This document shows, one piece after another, positions 59,292-64,000 of a DNA stretch of 64,000 bases. Position 1 is the first letter of the stretch, and every line of letters begins with the position of its first letter. This DNA is from Candidatus Poribacteria bacterium. GTDB lineage: Bacteria; Poribacteria; WGA-4E; WGA-3G. The translations under genes and the position numbers were made by a program. Below the pieces are notes generated by a model. That model saw nothing but the letters and a program-made list of their open reading frames with translations. It was not told where the DNA came from and did not search any database. Location of the stretch: assembly GCA_963665235.2 (NCBI GenBank), contig CAXXLX010000001.1, forward strand, positions 1,568,001-1,632,000. Reading direction: 5' to 3'.

Positions 59292-60434
59292 ATGCGTAGT
59301 CTTACAGCAACCTTAGGGTTTCTCCTCTGTTTCGTATCTATTGCAAGTGCGAAAATCGTCTTTACGTCAAATCGCAATAGCGATGACAAAGACAATTACG
59401 ACATCTATTTGATGGACGATGATGGTGGCAACCTCCAGCAACTCACGCATACACAACTGAGCGAGAGTGCCCCGCAATGGTCCCCCAATGGCAAACAGAT
59501 TGTTTTCAAGCGGCAAGTGCATCCATTTGATTCGCAAAGGTCACACTTGTTCATCATGAAGGCAGATGGCACAAATGAACGGCAACTCACGCCCCCCCCC
59601 AAGAAGGGATTTGATACCTATCCCGTGTTTTTCCCGGATGGGAAGCGGCTTCTTTTTGTCCGGTATATGTCTCACGATGATGCCCCTGACGCGCACACCA
59701 TCAATGTGATGAACCTCGCCACAGGAACTATCAAAAAAATCGCTGACTTTGGCGTAAACTTTCCCGATGTGTCCCCAGATGGTAAGCATATTGTCTACGG
59801 TGATATACATGGGGCGGGGGGCAACGGCGGAAGTAATATCGGATTGATGAACACAGATGGGGACGATGTGTCTGAACTCCTGCCATCCCCTCCAGAAAAA
59901 CCCACGACACTGAGAGGGATGCCAAGATGGTCCCCGGATGGCAAGCAAATCCTATATACCGAAAGTCAGTATAACATTGTTCGCTTCAAGAACACGGTTG
60001 CCTACGAAGCAATAGGGCATCTATACCGAATATGCAATCGGGATGGCACCCCCCATCGCCGCTTGAGTATTCCGAAGAATAGAACACCCGCCGGCTTAGC
60101 TTGGATGGATAACGGAAAGGCGATACTTTACAGCGCAGGTGAGGTGGAACTGAACAAAGCCCCGGAGAAAGTGGTGGGGAGTTATAATATCTATAAATAT
60201 GAGATTGCTCCCGGTCAAAACACACCGCTGACAACGCATCCCGCAAACGACAAGTATGCGGATTGGATAAGTGATAGGGTATATTCAGTGTCGCCCGCAG
60301 ACAAAAAACCTGTGCGATGGGGAGAACTCAAGTCGCTTTTACTGCCTATGTATCGTGCGGGGATCGACGTATTTTTGCAAGACGTGCGCCTTTTCCGCAT
60401 GTTCAGAACTTTCACCGGACTGTCCAGAAAATGA
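59292..60434 (+). CDS. TolB-like (PD40) beta-propeller protein
   Basis: IYLMDDDGGNLQQLT, WSP(N/D)G repeats, VSPADKKPVRWGELK; paralog of 49363-50361. Confidence 0.85.
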   Translation: MRSLTATLGFLLCFVSIASAKIVFTSNRNSDDKDNYDIYLMDDDGGNLQQLTHTQLSESAPQWSPNGKQIVFKRQVHPFDSQRSHLFIMKADGTNERQLTPPPKKGFDTYPVFFPDGKRLLFVRYMSHDDAPDAHTINVMNLATGTIKKIADFGVNFPDVSPDGKHIVYGDIHGAGGNGGSNIGLMNTDGDDVSELLPSPPEKPTTLRGMPRWSPDGKQILYTESQYNIVRFKNTVAYEAIGHLYRICNRDGTPHRRLSIPKNRTPAGLAWMDNGKAILYSAGEVELNKAPEKVVGSYNIYKYEIAPGQNTPLTTHPANDKYADWISDRVYSVSPADKKPVRWGELKSLLLPMYRAGIDVFLQDVRLFRMFRTFTGLSRK

Positions 60435-60706
60435 ACAGTCGTGTCTCTCTACTGGAACACCAAAATTGCTATGGTTCTGCCCTGTGAGTGTGTTAACCGT
60501 GATAAGGTATTTCTGAAGGTTTGAACGGGCAATGAATGGTATCTCTTACTAAACACTGCTCTGTACACAAAAACTACATAACTTAGCTCAGGTAGAGAAT
60601 GAGTGCTAATAAAAATTTTAACCCTGTGGTCATTGACTTTATCACAAGCAACCGCCCATATTTTTTACAAGAGGGCTTTTATTTATTCGGAAAGAGAGGA
60701 AAATTT

Positions 60707-61567
60707 ATGATTTTTGGACAAGGAACACATCAGTATATCGTAGAAGAAAATTGGTGGTCACTCCCGGAAGGCTGGGAATTCGGATGGATTCCAGCTGTCG
60801 CCGTTGATTCGCAAGACCGCGTTTATGTTTATAGTCGCAGCGAACATCCGATGGTAATTTTCGATCGCGATGGCAATTTTCTCAACTCTTGGGGCGATGA
60901 CATTCTCAAGGATGCCCACGGAATTTTCATCGATGCTGAAGATAACATCTACTGTGTCGAACGCGAAACGCACGTTATGCACAAGTTTACGACAGATGGC
61001 GAATTGCTGATGACGCTCGGCACAATGGATAAACCCGGCGCAACAGGGAAACCTTTCAATCTGCCGACAGATTTGGCGCTCGGGCCTGATGGCGAAATGT
61101 TTATTAGCGATGGCTACGGCAATGCCCGCATCCACAAATACTCACCTGATGGGGAATTGATTAAATCGTGGGGACAGCCCGGCACAGGGCCGGGAGAGTT
61201 TGACCTGCCACACTGTGTTAGGATCGACCCACGGAATAGAGTCATGGTAGCAGACAGGGAAAACAATCGCATTCAATTCTTCACACTAGATGGAGAATAC
61301 ATCGAAGAATGGGGCGACCTGCTGCATCCGGACACCATCTATATTGACGAAGATGAACTCATCTACGTCGCTGAACTGGACCAACGCATCACTATCCTAA
61401 CACTGGATGGAGTCGTTGTTTCTCAATGGGGCAGTGAACGCGGCAGTACTGTTCCCGGCGAGTTTTTGGCGTGCCCCCACGGTATTTGGGGAGATTCGCA
61501 CGGCGACATTTACGTTGGCGAAGTCCAGGCGGATGCCCGACTCCAGAAGTTCATTCGGCAACGCTAA
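60707..61567 (+). CDS. NHL-repeat protein (peptidyl-alpha-hydroxyglycine alpha-amidating lyase-like)
   Basis: VAVDSQDRVYV, FNLPTD, SDGYGNARIHK, ADRENNRIQ; start at ATG 60707 after GAGAGG. Confidence 0.85.
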   Translation: MIFGQGTHQYIVEENWWSLPEGWEFGWIPAVAVDSQDRVYVYSRSEHPMVIFDRDGNFLNSWGDDILKDAHGIFIDAEDNIYCVERETHVMHKFTTDGELLMTLGTMDKPGATGKPFNLPTDLALGPDGEMFISDGYGNARIHKYSPDGELIKSWGQPGTGPGEFDLPHCVRIDPRNRVMVADRENNRIQFFTLDGEYIEEWGDLLHPDTIYIDEDELIYVAELDQRITILTLDGVVVSQWGSERGSTVPGEFLACPHGIWGDSHGDIYVGEVQADARLQKFIRQR

Positions 61568-61579
61568 TTTCCGCAGTTG

Positions 61580-61707
61580 TTCAACACCGCTCTTATGTAG
61601 GAGCGTGCTGTGCACGCGATACGAAAGGGTGTTCGGATTGCCCGAATCCTGGGGTTAGTCGTTTTTTCAACACCGCTCTTCTATAGGAGCGAGCTGTGCT
61701 CGCGATA
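61580..61707 (+). repeat. Two REP copies of the 24444-array family
   Basis: TTCAACACCGCTCTT..(G/A)TAGGAGCG.GCTGTGC.CGCGATA twice. Confidence 0.75.
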
Positions 61708-61739
61708 TTAATAACCCCGGGTTGTCATACAAAAAAGAC

Positions 61740-61768
61740 TTGACATCACCTCCTCTTTGTGTTATCCT
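61740..61768 (+). promoter_or_regulatory. Sigma-70 promoter candidate for GDH-pdxJ
   Basis: TTGACA-17-TATCCT with TGn extension. Confidence 0.55.
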
Positions 61769-61859
61769 TGATAGTAGTGTGCTGAGAACGCAACACTCGA
61801 TTTATGCGTGATATTTCAAATTTGTCCCTTGTCTGTGGGGGAATAGAGGATAAGGAACG

Positions 61860-63290
61860 GTGGCATCCATGGCAGAACAATTCTCGTTTTTTCAAAAAGT
61901 CAACAAAAGTTTTGACAAAGCAGCGCAATTCACGTCATATCCGCCGGGACTTTTGGAACAGATAAAGATTTGCAACAGCTCTTGCCATTTCACCTTTCCG
62001 ATTAAACGTGACGATGGAAGTATTCAAACGATTCACGGATGGCGTGCAGAGCATAGTCACCATAAGCTGCCAACGAAAGGCGGCATCCGCTACAGCACCC
62101 TCGTCAATGAAGACGAGATAATGGCACTTGCTGCATTGATGACCTACAAATGCGCCCTTGTCGATGTACCCTTCGGCGGTGCAAAAGGGGGAATACAACT
62201 AGATAGGAAAGAGTATTCCGAAAGCGAATTAGAACGGATCACCCGCCGCTATACTTATGAACTGATTCAAAAAAACTATATCGGCCCCGGTATAGACGTA
62301 CCGGCCCCCGACTTCGGCACTAGCGAAACGGAGATGGCATGGATCTTAGACACCTATCTCACAATAGCCCCGGAGAAGCTTGACGCTATAGCATGCGTGA
62401 CAGGGAAACCGATTGAACAAAACGGCATACACGGTCGGAGAGGAGCAACCGGACGGGGTGTCGTCTTCGGTTTACAAGAGGCGTGTAGTTTCGAAGACGA
62501 TATGGAACAGGTCGGACTGTCTCCGGGGTTGCCAGGGAAAACAGTCGTTGTTCAGGGATTCGGAAACGTTGGCTCTCATACTGCCAAGTTTTTGACAGAA
62601 GCGGAAGCAATTGTCATCGGAATTGCAGAGAAAGGCGGGGCCATCTATAACCCGAACGGATTTGATGTTGATAAAGTGACGATGCATCGTGCGGAAACGG
62701 GGACAATACGCGGTTATCCGGAGGCGGTCGCCATTCAGAATCCGAAGGACATTTTGGAAGTGGAGTGTGATATTCTTGTGCCTGCAGCGCTCGAAAATCA
62801 ACTCACTGCCGAAAACGCGGAACGTATCAAGACACGCATCGTCGCCGAAGCTGCTAATGGACCTACAACGCTAGAAGCGGACAGGATTCTCCGAAAACGC
62901 GGCATTTTCATCATTCCGGATACCTATCTCAACGCAGGCGGAGTCACCGTTTCCTACTTTGAATGGCTGCGTAACCTATCGCACGTCCGATTCGGCAGGC
63001 TCGGCAGGCGGCTCGAGGAAAGCACACATAACGCCATGCTCCGCGCAGTTGAAATAGCCACAGGCTATCAATTCTCAAACGATGAACGCGAACCGATGCA
63101 CGGGGCAAACGAAGAAGACCTCGTCAACTCCGGGCTTCAGGATACCATGATAAATGCCTATCACGAAATTCGGGACATCCGTATGCAGCACAAGGACAAA
63201 AACGTTTCTATAGATTATCGAACAGCGGCATATATCAACGCTATTCATAAAATCGCGCAATCCTATATCCAGCTAGGTATTTTTCCATGA
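61860..63290 (+). CDS. Glutamate dehydrogenase (Glu/Leu/Phe/Val family)
   Basis: PTKGGIRY, PFGGAKGG, DVPAPD, VQGFGNVG, AEAANGP, NAGGVTVSYFEW. Confidence 0.93.
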   Translation: MASMAEQFSFFQKVNKSFDKAAQFTSYPPGLLEQIKICNSSCHFTFPIKRDDGSIQTIHGWRAEHSHHKLPTKGGIRYSTLVNEDEIMALAALMTYKCALVDVPFGGAKGGIQLDRKEYSESELERITRRYTYELIQKNYIGPGIDVPAPDFGTSETEMAWILDTYLTIAPEKLDAIACVTGKPIEQNGIHGRRGATGRGVVFGLQEACSFEDDMEQVGLSPGLPGKTVVVQGFGNVGSHTAKFLTEAEAIVIGIAEKGGAIYNPNGFDVDKVTMHRAETGTIRGYPEAVAIQNPKDILEVECDILVPAALENQLTAENAERIKTRIVAEAANGPTTLEADRILRKRGIFIIPDTYLNAGGVTVSYFEWLRNLSHVRFGRLGRRLEESTHNAMLRAVEIATGYQFSNDEREPMHGANEEDLVNSGLQDTMINAYHEIRDIRMQHKDKNVSIDYRTAAYINAIHKIAQSYIQLGIFP

Positions 63291-64000
63291 TCAATTTAAG
63301 TGTAAACGTCAATAAAGTCGCAACATTGCGAAATGCACGAGGCGGTGATATCCCAGAGGTTATAACTGCCGTGGAGACGTGCATCCATGCAGGGGCACAA
63401 GGCATAACAGTACATCCCCGCGAAGACCAGCGACACATTAAACCGGCAGATGTTTATGAAGTCGCTGAACATTTAAAAGATATCGACATTGAATATAATA
63501 TTGAAGGTGACCCGCGTCCTGACCTGCTTGAAATGGTGTTGGATGTGAAACCCACGCAATGCACCCTCGTCCCCGTTGTCAGCGGCGAAATAACAAGCCA
63601 CACCGTCTGGGATATCCAAAAATATGCCGATGTCTTGAAACCTGTGATAACTTCTCTGAAAAATGCGGATATTCGCATTAGCCTGTTTAGTGGAACCGAC
63701 CTAAAACAGATAGAGATGACGCGCGATATCGGGGCAGATAGAATTGAACTATACACAGCCCCTTACGCAATGGCAGAGACCGAAGCCGAAATTGAACGCG
63801 AATTCACACTACTAAAGGCCGCCGCGGAAAAGGCTACCGAGCTGGGACTCGGGGTCAATGCAGGACATGACCTTAACCTTGAAAATCTACCCCTGATGCG
63901 CACATTGCCCGGACTGCTTGAAGTCTCTATCGGGCACCATTTGATGTCGGATGCCCTCTACATCGGATTGGAAACTGCTGTCAGGCGTTACCGTACGGCA
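63287..64000 (+). CDS. pdxJ: Pyridoxine 5'-phosphate synthase (runs to the window end)
   Basis: Manual translation MINLSVNVNKVATLRNARGG...GITVHPREDQRHI...NIEG...VNAGHDL...EVSIGH. Not in the ORF track. Confidence 0.92.
   Translation, partial: MINLSVNVNKVATLRNARGGDIPEVITAVETCIHAGAQGITVHPREDQRHIKPADVYEVAEHLKDIDIEYNIEGDPRPDLLEMVLDVKPTQCTLVPVVSGEITSHTVWDIQKYADVLKPVITSLKNADIRISLFSGTDLKQIEMTRDIGADRIELYTAPYAMAETEAEIEREFTLLKAAAEKATELGLGVNAGHDLNLENLPLMRTLPGLLEVSIGHHLMSDALYIGLETAVRRYRTA

Overview
Bacterial chromosome segment, most likely Candidatus Poribacteria (sponge symbiont). This is inferred from secreted WD40-dockerin-FlgD/Ig proteins ending in LLPNYPNPFNPETWIPYQL..., TolB-like proteins ending in V(S/T)P.DK...WG.LK, and dense intergenic repeats. 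Housekeeping and metabolic genes include partial dusB, rbsK, birA, trpC, trpD, thrB-like kinase, ABC-F, ftsY, GDH and partial pdxJ. Accessory features: (1) a 15.3 kb tandem array of six secreted WD40 paralogs with shuffled C-termini, a locally hypervariable propeller and a sigma-54-like promoter; (2) a circularly permuted ATP-grasp / alpha-E / transglutaminase operon with two frameshifts, interrupted by a ~1.1 kb patch holding a TnpB 3' relic and a broken Rpn gene whose internal small ORF is intact; (3) three loci for unknown secreted proteins sharing one conserved domain, two paired with TolB-like propellers and one with a (GTTT)6 tract that looks like a phase-variation switch; (4) several GTAG-type REP and MITE families, including two unrelated tandem arrays that both have a 32-bp period and REPs translated in frame inside proteins. 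No CRISPR array, rRNA, tRNA, intact transposase or reverse transcriptase was recognised. All calls come from reading motifs by eye; no searches were run.
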